Shown piece by piece: positions 1 through 10,447 of a stretch of 64,000 nucleotides of DNA. The notes beneath the pieces were generated by a model. The model was not told the DNA's origin, made no database searches, and was given only the letters and a program-made list of their open reading frames with translations. How positions within the stretch are numbered: position 1 is the first letter of the stretch; the number at the start of each line of letters is the position of its first letter. The position numbers and the translations under genes are program-made. This DNA is from Armatimonadota bacterium (lineage in GTDB: Bacteria > Armatimonadota > HRBIN16), in assembly GCA_963677485.1 (NCBI GenBank), contig OY781964.1:1408001-1472000 (forward strand), in the 5' to 3' direction.

Positions 1-3000
1 TATACCGCACGCCAATTGGCTATGCAGCCGGGGATGGCGGGGTATATCTATAACGGGCATGGAACAATTGAGATTTCCGACGATGGTCAGGCTTTTCGAA
101 CTGTGACGGCGTTCAGTTTGTCGCTGGGGCAGGAAAAACAGACCATCAATTTCGCACCAGTTTCCGCCCGATTCTATCGAGTGATGTTCACAGATTTTTC
201 GACATGGCCGAACGGACTGGTACTCGACTCTGTGGATATGACAACGAACTTGGGTATCAACAATCTTACGGACAAAGTGTTTACGAACATTGCCGATCAG
301 GCGTTATATGATCAGGCTGGCGTTGGCAACCCGGCGGATGCGGCGACCTTTTCGCCGGATCAGGTTGTGGGACGGACGGATGTCGTCGAGCTGACCAGCC
401 GTCTTGGGGCGGATGGCAAGCTGCGCTGGGATGTGCCGGTGGGTGACTGGATTATTTTACGCGTTGGCTATACGCCTACCGGGGTAGTCAATCACCCGGC
501 GGGTAAAGAAGGAACGGGGCTGGAGTGTGACAAGTTAAGCCGTGAAGCGGTGGAAGCCCACTGGACAGGACTGATGGACAAGGTGATCAGGGAGATGGGG
601 CCGCTGGTGGGCAAGAGCCTCAACGCGGTTCACATTGACAGTTGGGAAGTCGGCTCACAGAACTGGACACCAAAATTCCGAGAAGAATTTCAAAAGCGGC
701 GAGGATATGACCTGCTGCCCTTCCTGACGGTATTACGGGGGCGGGTGGTGGATAGCCCGGAAGTGAGCGAGCGTTTCTTGTGGGATTTCCGGCGCACGAT
801 TGGTGATATGTTTGCGGAGAATTATTCCGGCGTCATCGCAGAACTGGCCCATAGGAACGGCCTGCTATTTTCGATCGAGCCTTATCCCGCTTGTCCGACG
901 GATGAACTGAAATACGGCAGTTACGCCGACATTCCCATGAGCGAGTTTTGGGCCGGCTCCAGCGGCGGCGGCAACGAACTGGCGGCCTCCATCGCGCATG
1001 TGTATGGTCGAAAAATTGTTGGTGCGGAAGCTTTCACGGCCACTCCGGAAGAAGGAAAATGGTTAACCGATCCTTTCTCACTCAAGGCGACAGGCGACCA
1101 GGCCTGGTGCTCCGGCGTCAATCGCCTCATTATTCATCGCTATGCTCACCAACCGTGGACACAGCCAGCGCATTATCCCGGCATGACGATGGACTGGTGG
1201 GGTACACATTTTGAGCGCACCATTACCTGGTGGGAACAAAGCCGGGCATGGCTGCATTATCTCGCCCGCAGCCAGTATTTGCTGCAACAGGGCCTATTTG
1301 TCGCCGATGTCTGCGTCTTCGTCGGTGATGGCGTGCCGAACAGCTTTAAGCGCATTGAGCTGCCAGTCGGCTACGCGTATGATGGCTGTAACGCCGATGC
1401 GCTCAAGCTCATGTCTGTGAAGAATGGGAGGCTGGTGCTGCCGTCCGGCATGAGTTACAGGATGCTGGTCTTACCGTCTGCTGCTACCATGACCGTGCCA
1501 ACGCTCCGAAAGATCAAGCAGCTGGCGGACGCCGGCGCGTTGATAGTCGGTCCAAGACCCACGCGCGCGCCAGGTCTCACGGACTATCCGAAGTGTGACA
1601 ACGAGGTTAAGCAACTGGCGGACGCCACGAAAATAACCTCAGACCGATCCCCGAGCGAAGCGCTGACCACCATTGGGCTCAAACCCGATTTTGAGTATTC
1701 GGTCAAAGCTGGATCGAAGCTGGCTTTTATCCATCGTCAGACAGACGAGGCAGACATTTACTTCGTCTCCAACCAGAGGGAGCAGTTTGATTCCGTGGAA
1801 TGCACTTTCCGGGTGGCAGGCAAAGTACCGGAACTCTGGTATCCAGACACCGGACGCATCGAGTCATCGCCATCGCTCTGGCGTGAGACCGGTGGGCGTA
1901 TCGTCATGCCGTTACAGTTCGATCCGGCGGGTTCGGTATTTGTTGTGTTCCGCAAGCGTGCGGTGAAGGTCGATCCTATTGTGTCTATATCTCGCGATGG
2001 CGCAACACTGTATCCCATGTCGAAAAAGACGCCGAAGGTCATCGTGCGGAAAGCCACCTACGGAGTGACCGGCCGGATTCGGGATGTGCGGGTCAAGGTG
2101 CAGGTTATGGTGGATTCGGGGCGACCGACTTTTGGGGTTGCCGAAATGGCTGTGGGTGACGATCCTGCGCCGCAGGTGGTGAAGACGCTGGTGGTGGAAT
2201 ACTCCGTTAATGGGAAAGTCTATGTTGCCCAAGGCGCAGATGGAGCAACTGTCAGTCTGGACGACAAAACGATGGTTGATCCTGCCCGTTTCGTGGACGT
2301 GCACACTGCGCCGGACGGCAACTGGTGGCTTGAGGCACGGCAGGCAGGGCGATACGACCTGAAGACGGCGTCAGGTCGCACACTGCATGGCAAAATCGCC
2401 ACTCCGCAGCCAATGTTGATCGCCGGCCCCTGGCAAATCAGCTTCGATCCGAAATGGGGTGGGCCGGCCAGGCCGGTGGTTTTTGAGCGGCTTGAAGACT
2501 GGAGCCAACGACCGGAAAAAGGCATTCGCTATTACTCCGGCACCGCAACCTATGTCAAGGAAGTGGAGTTGCCAGCGGTGCTGTTCGAAAAAGGATGTTC
2601 GCTCTCGCTGGATTTGGGATTGGTGAAAAACATCGCCGAGGTCTTTTTGAACGGTAAACCGCTGGGCATTTTGTGGAAGCCGCCGTTCCGGGCAGAGCTC
2701 GCCGGCGCGGCCCGGCCTGGCAAAAACAGACTCGAGATCAAAATCACCAATCTTTGGCCGAACCGGCTGATTGGCGACGAACAACTGCCTCCAGACTGCG
2801 AATGGAGGGCCTCTCACTGGACGGGTAGCACTTCGTCAACGGGTCTGAAGGCGTGGCCGAAATGGCTGCTGGAAAACAAACCCAGCCCTTCAGGCCGGTT
2901 GACCTTCTCCACCTGGCATCACTGGAAAAAGGATGATGCCCTTCTGCCCTCCGGCCTGCTTGGACCGGTGACCGTGCAAGCGGCAGTGCAAGTTCAAGTG

Positions 3001-3009
3001 AAGCCTTGA
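1..3009 (+). CDS. Alpha-L-rhamnosidase-like glycoside hydrolase (GH106), 5'-truncated by the window edge
   Basis: Frame is open from base 1. Motifs GLECDKLS, HIDSWEVG, PMSEFW, GAEAFT and C-terminal VTNLWPNRLIGD...PSGLLGPV are typical of GH106. Confidence 0.85.
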   Translation, partial: YTARQLAMQPGMAGYIYNGHGTIEISDDGQAFRTVTAFSLSLGQEKQTINFAPVSARFYRVMFTDFSTWPNGLVLDSVDMTTNLGINNLTDKVFTNIADQALYDQAGVGNPADAATFSPDQVVGRTDVVELTSRLGADGKLRWDVPVGDWIILRVGYTPTGVVNHPAGKEGTGLECDKLSREAVEAHWTGLMDKVIREMGPLVGKSLNAVHIDSWEVGSQNWTPKFREEFQKRRGYDLLPFLTVLRGRVVDSPEVSERFLWDFRRTIGDMFAENYSGVIAELAHRNGLLFSIEPYPACPTDELKYGSYADIPMSEFWAGSSGGGNELAASIAHVYGRKIVGAEAFTATPEEGKWLTDPFSLKATGDQAWCSGVNRLIIHRYAHQPWTQPAHYPGMTMDWWGTHFERTITWWEQSRAWLHYLARSQYLLQQGLFVADVCVFVGDGVPNSFKRIELPVGYAYDGCNADALKLMSVKNGRLVLPSGMSYRMLVLPSAATMTVPTLRKIKQLADAGALIVGPRPTRAPGLTDYPKCDNEVKQLADATKITSDRSPSEALTTIGLKPDFEYSVKAGSKLAFIHRQTDEADIYFVSNQREQFDSVECTFRVAGKVPELWYPDTGRIESSPSLWRETGGRIVMPLQFDPAGSVFVVFRKRAVKVDPIVSISRDGATLYPMSKKTPKVIVRKATYGVTGRIRDVRVKVQVMVDSGRPTFGVAEMAVGDDPAPQVVKTLVVEYSVNGKVYVAQGADGATVSLDDKTMVDPARFVDVHTAPDGNWWLEARQAGRYDLKTASGRTLHGKIATPQPMLIAGPWQISFDPKWGGPARPVVFERLEDWSQRPEKGIRYYSGTATYVKEVELPAVLFEKGCSLSLDLGLVKNIAEVFLNGKPLGILWKPPFRAELAGAARPGKNRLEIKITNLWPNRLIGDEQLPPDCEWRASHWTGSTSSTGLKAWPKWLLENKPSPSGRLTFSTWHHWKKDDALLPSGLLGPVTVQAAVQVQVKP

Positions 3010-3348
3010 GCAACATAACTGCTGACAGCGCCTGCATAGAACGCTCATGCGGCTGCATCTGCGCTGCCCGTTCAGATTCGGGCTAACGAGCAGCAGAATC
3101 GCATCGGCACCCCGCCGCCTTCGGCGGGGTGCTCGCATCGGAATGACTCTCATCGCATCGGGGGTCTTCCCCCGGTGTGGCATAGTCCTTGCGGAAATCA
3201 TCCCATCAGCACCGAAATCCACTTAGTAATTGATGATGTGACCAGATACACTAATATTAACGTGTCGCAGTGCCTGCTCTGAAGACGTCTAGCACAGAAA
3301 CACGAATCACTTTTTCGAACTCTAAATTCACTATTTTGGGGGTCACAC

Positions 3349-4299
3349 ATGACACCACGAGAGCGTTTCATCAAGGCCTTAACACGCCAGCCGCTGACCG
3401 GCCGAGTGCCGCATTTTGAACTTGTCTTCTACCTGACCATGGAGGCCCTGGGCAAGGTGCATCCCACCCACCGATCCTTCAGCCAGTGGACACAGATGTC
3501 GGAACACGAGCGGCAGCTCCAGCGCGAGGATATCGCCCGCACCTACATCATGAGTGCCGAAAAGTATGAGCACTCCGCGATCTTCGTGCAGGCGGACCCA
3601 GGTGCCCCAGAGACCTTCCACATTATCGACGAAATCCGAAAGCAGAGCGGAGACACCTACTTCATCATGCTGCATGGCGACACCACCTTCGCCATCCCTG
3701 ACGGCAACAGCATGGTGGATTTCAGTATCCGCATGTCGGATGACCCCGAAGGGTTGCTCGATGATGCGCAGAGGAATGTTGACCACATGGTGGCAGTGGC
3801 GGAAAAATGGCAGGCGCACGGCGGTCTAGACGGCTTCGCTCTGTGCAGCGATTACTGCCTGAATACCGGCCCGTTCATGAGCCCGCGCCTGTTCAGCAAG
3901 TTCGTCACCCCCTATCTGAAGCAGACCATCGATGCCTTCCGTTCGCTGGGCTTCTATTCGATCAAGCATACCGATGGTAATATCATGCCCATCCTGGACC
4001 AGATGGTCTCCTGCAAACCGGATGCGCTGCACTCCATCGACCCACAGGCTGGTGTAGACATCGCCGAGGTGAAGCGGCTGTATGGCGATCAGCTCTGCCT
4101 GATCGGTAATGTGAACTGCGGCCTGCTGCAAAATGGTACCGATGAGCAGGTGGTGGAAAACACACGCTACGCGCTGCAAAGCGGTATGCCCGGCGGAGGG
4201 TATATCTTCAGCACCAGCAACTGCGTCTACACCGGCATGGACCTTAGCCGGTATGAGCTGATGCTGGACGTCTGGCGCCGCGAGGGCAACTACGCCTGA
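3349..4299 (+). CDS. Uroporphyrinogen decarboxylase-family (URO-D/MtaA-like) protein
   Basis: MTPRERF start, SDY...GPFMSP, KHTDGNIMPILD, LIGNV, GGGYIFSTSN motifs. Confidence 0.8.
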   Translation: MTPRERFIKALTRQPLTGRVPHFELVFYLTMEALGKVHPTHRSFSQWTQMSEHERQLQREDIARTYIMSAEKYEHSAIFVQADPGAPETFHIIDEIRKQSGDTYFIMLHGDTTFAIPDGNSMVDFSIRMSDDPEGLLDDAQRNVDHMVAVAEKWQAHGGLDGFALCSDYCLNTGPFMSPRLFSKFVTPYLKQTIDAFRSLGFYSIKHTDGNIMPILDQMVSCKPDALHSIDPQAGVDIAEVKRLYGDQLCLIGNVNCGLLQNGTDEQVVENTRYALQSGMPGGGYIFSTSNCVYTGMDLSRYELMLDVWRREGNYA

Positions 4300-4378
4300 A
4301 CCCGTTAGCAGAGTTATGATGAGGCGACAATGTGATGTACGAATAGCTGTTCGCCTCTATTGCCGACAAGTTTTGCCT

Positions 4379-4540
4379 ATGTCCGGGGCGGTCTGTGCGC
4401 AGGCTAGCGGATGCAGAAGGCTCAAGACCGCGCCGGTCTGGCGGATAGCCCTGAAAGATTTGTGTCACGAACCAGACCGGCGCGGTCTATAGACAGTGGC
4501 CTCCGCAGGCGTACTGACAGACCGCCCCGGACATAGCCAA
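4379..4540. repeat. REP-like repeat family A, inverted pair
   Basis: tgtccggggcggtctg...agaccgcgccggtctggcgg followed by an inverted copy. The same motifs occur at 6860-7330, 23225-23300 and 32657-32770. Confidence 0.75.
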
Positions 4541-4687
4541 CCAAGTGACGCACAACCGCCAGCGCTACCCCTGGCTATAAGAATCATACCCACTCCGTGG
4601 ATGCACGCATGGATGCCAATTGGCAACAGATAATATGCGGTACAGGTATTTGTCGGAACCATCTAATGTCCGAGAATTTTCGATGAG

Positions 4688-6847
4688 GTGAACAGAATCG
4701 CTATGAAGAGGCTCTATCCCGTGCAGCAGCTGCTGATCCGCACCCACGGACTGGTGAGTGACCATCGTCTAGCCGATTATCTGAAGGTATCGGAGGCGGA
4801 GCTGGATTCGTTACGCGAACCACTGGCTCTGCCGGATATGGAGATGGAACAGCCGGATCGGGCCTTTCCCATCGTCATGCGGCGTCTGCATGACCTCATT
4901 CCCGAACAGCAGATCGCCCTTCTTCTGGGCTTGAGCCTGGATGATTGCCGACAGATGGCGCTCGATATGGACTTTCTGGACGTCAAACTGGGTGCCCGGC
5001 CCGATGCTTACCCTCACATCCGGCTCAATGAGCCTGGGTTGGAGGAGGCCGCCCTCGACTTTGTCAGCGGATGCCGCGGGCAAATGCGACTGGTCCAGAA
5101 CGGGGAACGGCCCTTCGCTTTCCTGAAAGAGCTCAGCATCGAAGAGCCATGCCCGACGCCCGCCCCTGAGGGCGAATCGTGCTTGGGAATCCGCATGATG
5201 CACAGTTATACCGGCTCCCACGGGGACTTCCTGTTGCATGGCGAGGAGTTCTACAACGCGGGCATACTCAGCCGGATGCGGAACCGCGGTGTCAACGCAG
5301 GATGGATGCCGGCACTGCTTCGCGATATGGCGCCGACGAAGATCTTCCCTGAGTTTGGCCACGGTCACGAAACCCGCATCGCAAACCTGCGCCTTCAGGT
5401 GGCGAAAGCGGCCCAGTATGGCATCAAGCTGTTCCTCTATTTCAATGAGCCGCGCTTCATGCCGGAAGCCTTTTTCGAAGCACACCCTGAAGCGCGAGGT
5501 ATGCCCGCCGCTCAGCCTGGCTATTATGGCCTGTGTACATCCAACACGCTGGTTCGCGAGTGAATGCAGCAGTCCGTCGCCTATCTGTTCGAGGCGGTGC
5601 CTGATCTTGGCGGAGTGGTGTTGATCACCGCTTCGGAGAATTCCACCAACTGTTACAGCCATCGGGTAGCCGCCGACCCCAACGCTTGCCCGCGATGTGC
5701 GGCCCGCGGGGCCGACGCCGCGTTGTCCGACTGTGCGAACCTGATGGACGCAGGTATTGAGCAGTCCGGATCCAAAGCCGAAGTGATCCAATGGCTGTGG
5801 GGATGGGATGGGATGCTTGGGGAGGAGGGCACGCTGAAGGCAGTTGACCTGCTGCGGCCTGAGGTGCGGGTGATGGTGGACTGGGCGAAGAACACCCCCT
5901 TTGAGCTGTTCGGCGAGAAAGCCAGCATCGGCGAGTATACACTGGCGTACGTGAAACCCTCCGAGTTTTCGCAACGGCTAATCGCGAAGCTGCGCTCGCA
6001 GGGTCGAAAGGTGCTGTCGAAGTGCGCACTGGTCTCCACCGTCGAGATGAACGCGCTGCCGTATCTTCCCGTGATGATGAACGCTCAGAAGCTGCTCACC
6101 GAGCACGTGCAGCGGCAGATGGACGGTCTGCTGTGCTGCTGGATTTTCGGTGCCTACCCGGGCCGCAGCATGGAGTTGCTGGCGCACCTCTCAGATGCTC
6201 AACCGGCACAGGCGTTAGCATCCAAGTATTACGGGGCCGCAGCGGATCATGCACTGAAAGCGTGGCAGTGCTTCTCAGACGGCATGGCCAACTATCCCAC
6301 GGTGGTGCCGGTGCTCTATTTCAGCGCGGTCAACCCGGGGCCCGGACTGGAGTTCCCACTCACACCTGAGCCCTGGCGGTGGGGCATGGTCGCCATGGCC
6401 ACCGAACGCCTGGCTGAGGCCTCGCACCCCTTCAGCCCGGAGGTGGTGATCAAGGGATTCCGTAAATTTGCGGAGAGTTTTGCGGAAGGTCTACGGCACA
6501 TGGCCGACGCGGTGCGTCTAGCAGACCGCCCCGAGTGGGCAGAGGAGAACCAGCGTGACCTGGGCATCTGCCAGGCCTGCTGGCACCATTTCAACACCGC
6601 CGCGAATTACTCGCAGTTTATCCTCACGCGTAACCGCTGGCTGGCGAACCCGGAAGATGCTGGCTTACAGGCGGAGGTGCGTGGTCTTCTGCAGGCTGAG
6701 CTTGAAAACGCCGAGGGCATGCTACCGCTCGCTGCGGCCGACTCGCGCATGGGCTACGAGGGCTCCATCGGCTACTTCTACACGCCGATGGAGATTGTGG
6801 AGAAAATCCACGACCTTCGCTGCAGCATCGCGGAGCTGGGTGGATAG
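4688..6847 (+). pseudogene. Putative glycoside hydrolase-like protein split by an in-frame TGA at 5561-5563
   Basis: ORFs 4688-5563 and 5564-6847 are in one frame and read LCTSNTLVRE*MQQSVAYLFEAVPDLGG. A Trp is expected at the stop. Confidence 0.65.
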
Positions 6848-6859
6848 CCTGGCCGAGTA

Positions 6860-7330
6860 CGCCGGTCTTGATTGCCACTGTCCGGGGCGGTTTTCCCTAA
6901 CCGCGCCGGTCTTGTTCTCGGAACCAAACCGGACGGGCTAACCGCCAGACCGGCGCGGTCTTGAGCCATCTGCAACCGCTAGACTGCGCACAGACCGCCC
7001 CGGACTTAGGCAACGCTTGCCATAGATCAGCGCCCGCGTCGGTCTTGATTGCCTGTGTCCGGGGCGGTTTTCTCCTAACCGCGCCGGTCTTGTTCTCGAA
7101 ACCAAACCGGGGGGCTAACCGCCAGACCGCCCCGGACTTAGGCAACGCTTGCCATAGACTAGGGCGGTTTTCCCCTAACCGCGCCGGGCTTGATTGCCTA
7201 TGTCCGGGGCGGGTTTTCCCTAACCGCGCCGGTCTTGTTCTCGAAGTCTAGCTGAAAGGCTATCCGCCAGACCGGCGCGGTCTTGAGACTTCTGCAGCCG
7301 CTAACGCCCAGCCAGACCGCCCCGGACATT
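6860..7330. repeat. BIME-like cluster of family A REP palindromes between convergent genes
   Basis: Many copies of taaccgcgccggtcttg, gtccggggcgg and agaccgccccggac in both orientations. Confidence 0.8.
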
Positions 7331-7354
7331 TGCCCCGATTGAGGATAACAACCA

Positions 7355-8989
7355 TCACTCCGCGTGATCATATATCCGCACATCGGCGATGGCTCCAGAG
7401 AAGTGCTGCTGAGGGCCGAAGCCGATGGTCAGTGGGCTGCTGTTGTCGAGATCATAGGCGGACGGGTCAAACCGGTCGGAGCCGGCACGCAGCACACCGT
7501 TGATGTAGAGCCGTATCTCTCCCCCTTGCTTCACCACCTTGACGTGGCTCCAACCGTCGCCTATATGCTGATCCAGCGTCACACATTCGCCCGCCTTCAT
7601 GGCGAACACCCGCCCCACATCATGATGCGCGGTCGTGCTGGCCCGGCCATGCAGCGTGGAGGTGCCCGCAAACAGTCTGCCGGTAAACACCGTCAGGCAG
7701 GGCACGCGGTTCCACGTCACCGGATCATCGAGCGACCACTCCAACTGGTTGTTCACCAACCGCCGGATGGTGCACCACTCAAAGTCGCGCTCATAGCGAT
7801 AGAGCTCACCAAACGGGATCACACCGGCGTAGAGCTTGCCGTTATACACGGTCAAGTCGTTCACCTCGTTGATCTGCGTACTATCTGTCTCCATGCCCAG
7901 GCAGCCGCAGTCTGACCACTCGCTATCACCCTCGTAGCGCAGCACATGGCCGTATATCCATGTGCCGGCGTGCAGCTTCCCGCGGTAGACTTGCAGGCTG
8001 TGGTTCTGCGTTACACCGAAAGGCTTGTCGCCGATTGACTGCCACTGCCCCACCTGCTCGTCATACACAAAAAAGCCGCCGAAGTTCGAGCCGGCATACC
8101 GGCGGTCGTTGTAGACCATCATGCAGTTGATCTGATCGGTGGCGTTGAGGTTCACCCAGCCGCACATCTCCCAGGCGCGCCCTCCGCAATAGCGGTAGAA
8201 GCGGGCGTGGTCGTCACCGGCATAGAGGTTCTCCTTGAAGGAAGCCAGGCACATCACGCGCAGACCATCACCAAAGCTGCCGCAATCCTCCCACTCGGTG
8301 CCGCCCAGATAGCGGAACACGCGGTTCGCTCCGCCGATGCCCAGGAAGGTCTTATCCCAGTCCCAGGTACCCGTGCCGGCATACAGCGCCTCCTGATGCA
8401 CCACCATCGAATGCACGCTGTGGTTGCGGTCATCGTGGCCCAGTTTGCCGCAGTCCACCCAGTTCTGCCCGCCGGCGTAGCGATACACACGGCAGTAGTC
8501 CTCAAGCCGTTCCGCATCGGCGATACCGGTGTAAAGCCCGCCGTTGTAGACGGTGAGGGTGCTGATCAGCGTGTTGCTGTCCAGCGGCTTCCCGCAGTCT
8601 TCCCAGACCGGCTCGGTGCCTGAGTCAATGCCGAAGCCCACGCTTTTCAGTGCGCCGATAAAGTTGTATCCCGGTGAGCTGGAGTGCAGGAACAGATTGA
8701 AGCCTCGCCGATGCTGGTCATCGAACTTGCTGATGATAGCACCCGGCGCGTTGCTCACCCCAGGAGCGGGTGACACCCAGCACGAGATGGTGAAATCCCC
8801 TTTGCCCAGACTAAATCTTGCGTCGTGTGGCACGGTGATCACCGATCCGCTGCTGCCATCGAACCGCGCGGCACCATTCGCGCGTCCATCCACGCCAGCA
8901 GTGAACTCTACGTGGTGGCTGACCGCTTCCTCACCACTGACCACATCACGGAAGTGCCCATCCAACGGATAGTGTGCAATAAGTGCCAT
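7355..8989 (-). CDS. LamG-like jellyroll protein with an inserted beta-propeller
   Basis: Likely start MALIAHYPLDG at 8989. LamG halves (DFTISCWV; WSHV...LYING...GAIADVRIY) flank seven xLxVYxGxLYAG-type repeats. Confidence 0.7.
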   Translation of the reverse strand: MALIAHYPLDGHFRDVVSGEEAVSHHVEFTAGVDGRANGAARFDGSSGSVITVPHDARFSLGKGDFTISCWVSPAPGVSNAPGAIISKFDDQHRRGFNLFLHSSSPGYNFIGALKSVGFGIDSGTEPVWEDCGKPLDSNTLISTLTVYNGGLYTGIADAERLEDYCRVYRYAGGQNWVDCGKLGHDDRNHSVHSMVVHQEALYAGTGTWDWDKTFLGIGGANRVFRYLGGTEWEDCGSFGDGLRVMCLASFKENLYAGDDHARFYRYCGGRAWEMCGWVNLNATDQINCMMVYNDRRYAGSNFGGFFVYDEQVGQWQSIGDKPFGVTQNHSLQVYRGKLHAGTWIYGHVLRYEGDSEWSDCGCLGMETDSTQINEVNDLTVYNGKLYAGVIPFGELYRYERDFEWCTIRRLVNNQLEWSLDDPVTWNRVPCLTVFTGRLFAGTSTLHGRASTTAHHDVGRVFAMKAGECVTLDQHIGDGWSHVKVVKQGGEIRLYINGVLRAGSDRFDPSAYDLDNSSPLTIGFGPQQHFSGAIADVRIYDHAE

Positions 8990-8990
8990 A

Positions 8991-9950
8991 CTAACCCTGC
9001 TTTCCCGACAACTCGAGATATAGTTTCGAGACGCTCTGCCACACCAGCAGCGGGTTGGTACTCTGCTCATTGGTGCCCAGTGCCCCCATGTAGCTCCATG
9101 TGTAGAAGCTGTCATGACCGGTTCTCGCCAGGCGAAGGCCGCCTTCGTATAGCTCCTGCTCCTTGCCGTCAGGGATGAACCAGCCCTGAAGCCAGATGTG
9201 CGAGTTCTTGTTGTGTTGCACCGCCAAACTGCGGCAGCGAGTGCATATCTCCACGCTTTGATCGATCGTCAAGTGTGCCTCTTTGAGGAACCAGTAGGTG
9301 TCGGTGCCGAAGTTGTCCAGCTCGCCGATCTCCACGATCTGCTGCCACATCGCCTCATCGTGGGGCATCAGGCAAGCCATCGTCTCCATGTCGGGATGAG
9401 TCCGCTTGACCCCCTTACACAACGCGGCCACATAGTCGATGCAGTTATGACGCAGGAACCGCTGCATCTCCGGGCTGCGGGCATCGGCACCAAGCTCTGC
9501 GTGGTAGAGCTCTCGATACTTCGTCCGGCAGTGGTGACACCAGCACGGCTGCGTGGTGGGCTCATCTATGAAGATGCTCTCGAAACCGGCTTGATAGAGC
9601 TTGTCGGCGATCTCCAGAAAGCGCGTGATGATTTTAGGGTTGTTGTAGCAGGCCAGAGGAACCAGATTACCGCTGTGGTCGCGCACCCACATCTCGGTGT
9701 CATCCAGCATCAGCCGCGAGATGCGTCCCCCACCGAAGGTGTTGGCGTAGCCCCACACCGCTGCCATGGGCTTGAGGCCATGAGCCTTGGCAAGGTCCGG
9801 GCCATACTTCCACGCACCCTCTAGTATAAAGATGTTGTTTTCAGACATGGCATACAGCACCTGGTTACAGCCGATGCGGCTCATCTCTTTCATGTCGGTC
9901 TCGAGGTGCTGCGGCAGATGCGCAGGGATGTAGCTGACTCCAAGGTTCAC
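8991..9950 (-). CDS. Putative TIM-barrel glycoside hydrolase-like protein
   Basis: GTG at 9950 follows a GGAGG RBS. Contains IFIDEP, CWCHHC and FGTDTYW. Operonic with the LamG gene. Confidence 0.55.
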   Translation of the reverse strand: MNLGVSYIPAHLPQHLETDMKEMSRIGCNQVLYAMSENNIFILEGAWKYGPDLAKAHGLKPMAAVWGYANTFGGGRISRLMLDDTEMWVRDHSGNLVPLACYNNPKIITRFLEIADKLYQAGFESIFIDEPTTQPCWCHHCRTKYRELYHAELGADARSPEMQRFLRHNCIDYVAALCKGVKRTHPDMETMACLMPHDEAMWQQIVEIGELDNFGTDTYWFLKEAHLTIDQSVEICTRCRSLAVQHNKNSHIWLQGWFIPDGKEQELYEGGLRLARTGHDSFYTWSYMGALGTNEQSTNPLLVWQSVSKLYLELSGKQG

Positions 9951-10050
9951 GGCGATGCCTCCAGATATGGTGTGCGTGTCGCCCCCGATGCCAGCGTCCG
10001 CCAGTTGTATGATGCTCCAGTGCGTGCGTTGGTTCAAGAGCAGGGAGATG

Positions 10051-10271
10051 ACCCACAAATCCAGATAGGGATCGTATCGACCATGTGCCGCGACATCAAT
10101 GTCTCGGCTATTGATCAACAAGCCCGCTAAACCGGGCTGAGGAGCTACTTGCGGACAAAGATAACGTTAATGAAGACTGCTTCAGCAGGCTTGGTGTCCA
10201 ATAGCCGAGACATTTATGTCGCGGTATCGGTGACCTACTGCCCATGAGCTATCCGTGGGTAATAGACTGGG
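10051..10271. repeat. MITE/REPIN-like element family B, copy 1
   Basis: Internal inverted repeat ccgcgacat-aatgtctcggcta...tagccgagacatttatgtcgcgg. A near-identical inverted copy lies at 32418-32654. Confidence 0.75.
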
Positions 10272-10447
10272 TTCAAGACCATAGCGAATACTGAAGCAGT
10301 ATATGTAATATATGATACTTTCTTCTCTTTTGTGGGTATAATTATTTACACATCATCACTGAGCACTCAAGCAGAAAACGCGCTGGTTTGATCAGGCGTG
10401 ACACCTGCGGTCTGTTCTGGATAAGTTCCTACAGAGGAGGCTCCATC

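Noticed and set aside
3010-3200. attC site or ncRNA after the GH106 gene (hairpin gcaccccgccg-cctt-cggcggggtgc, three tcgcatcgg copies)
   Set aside because: No properly paired RYYYAAC/GTTRRRY ends. Most simply a terminator-like or REP-like hairpin.
5561-5563. Selenocysteine or TGA=Trp recoding
   Set aside because: The context suggests Trp rather than Cys, no convincing SECIS hairpin is visible, and TGA serves as a normal stop in many overlapping gene pairs here.
4811-5974. Long antisense ORFs (also 16910-17812, 26409-27302, 42982-43812, 55925-56746, 62560-63342)
   Set aside because: They are shadow frames of well-supported genes in GC-rich DNA and show no motifs.
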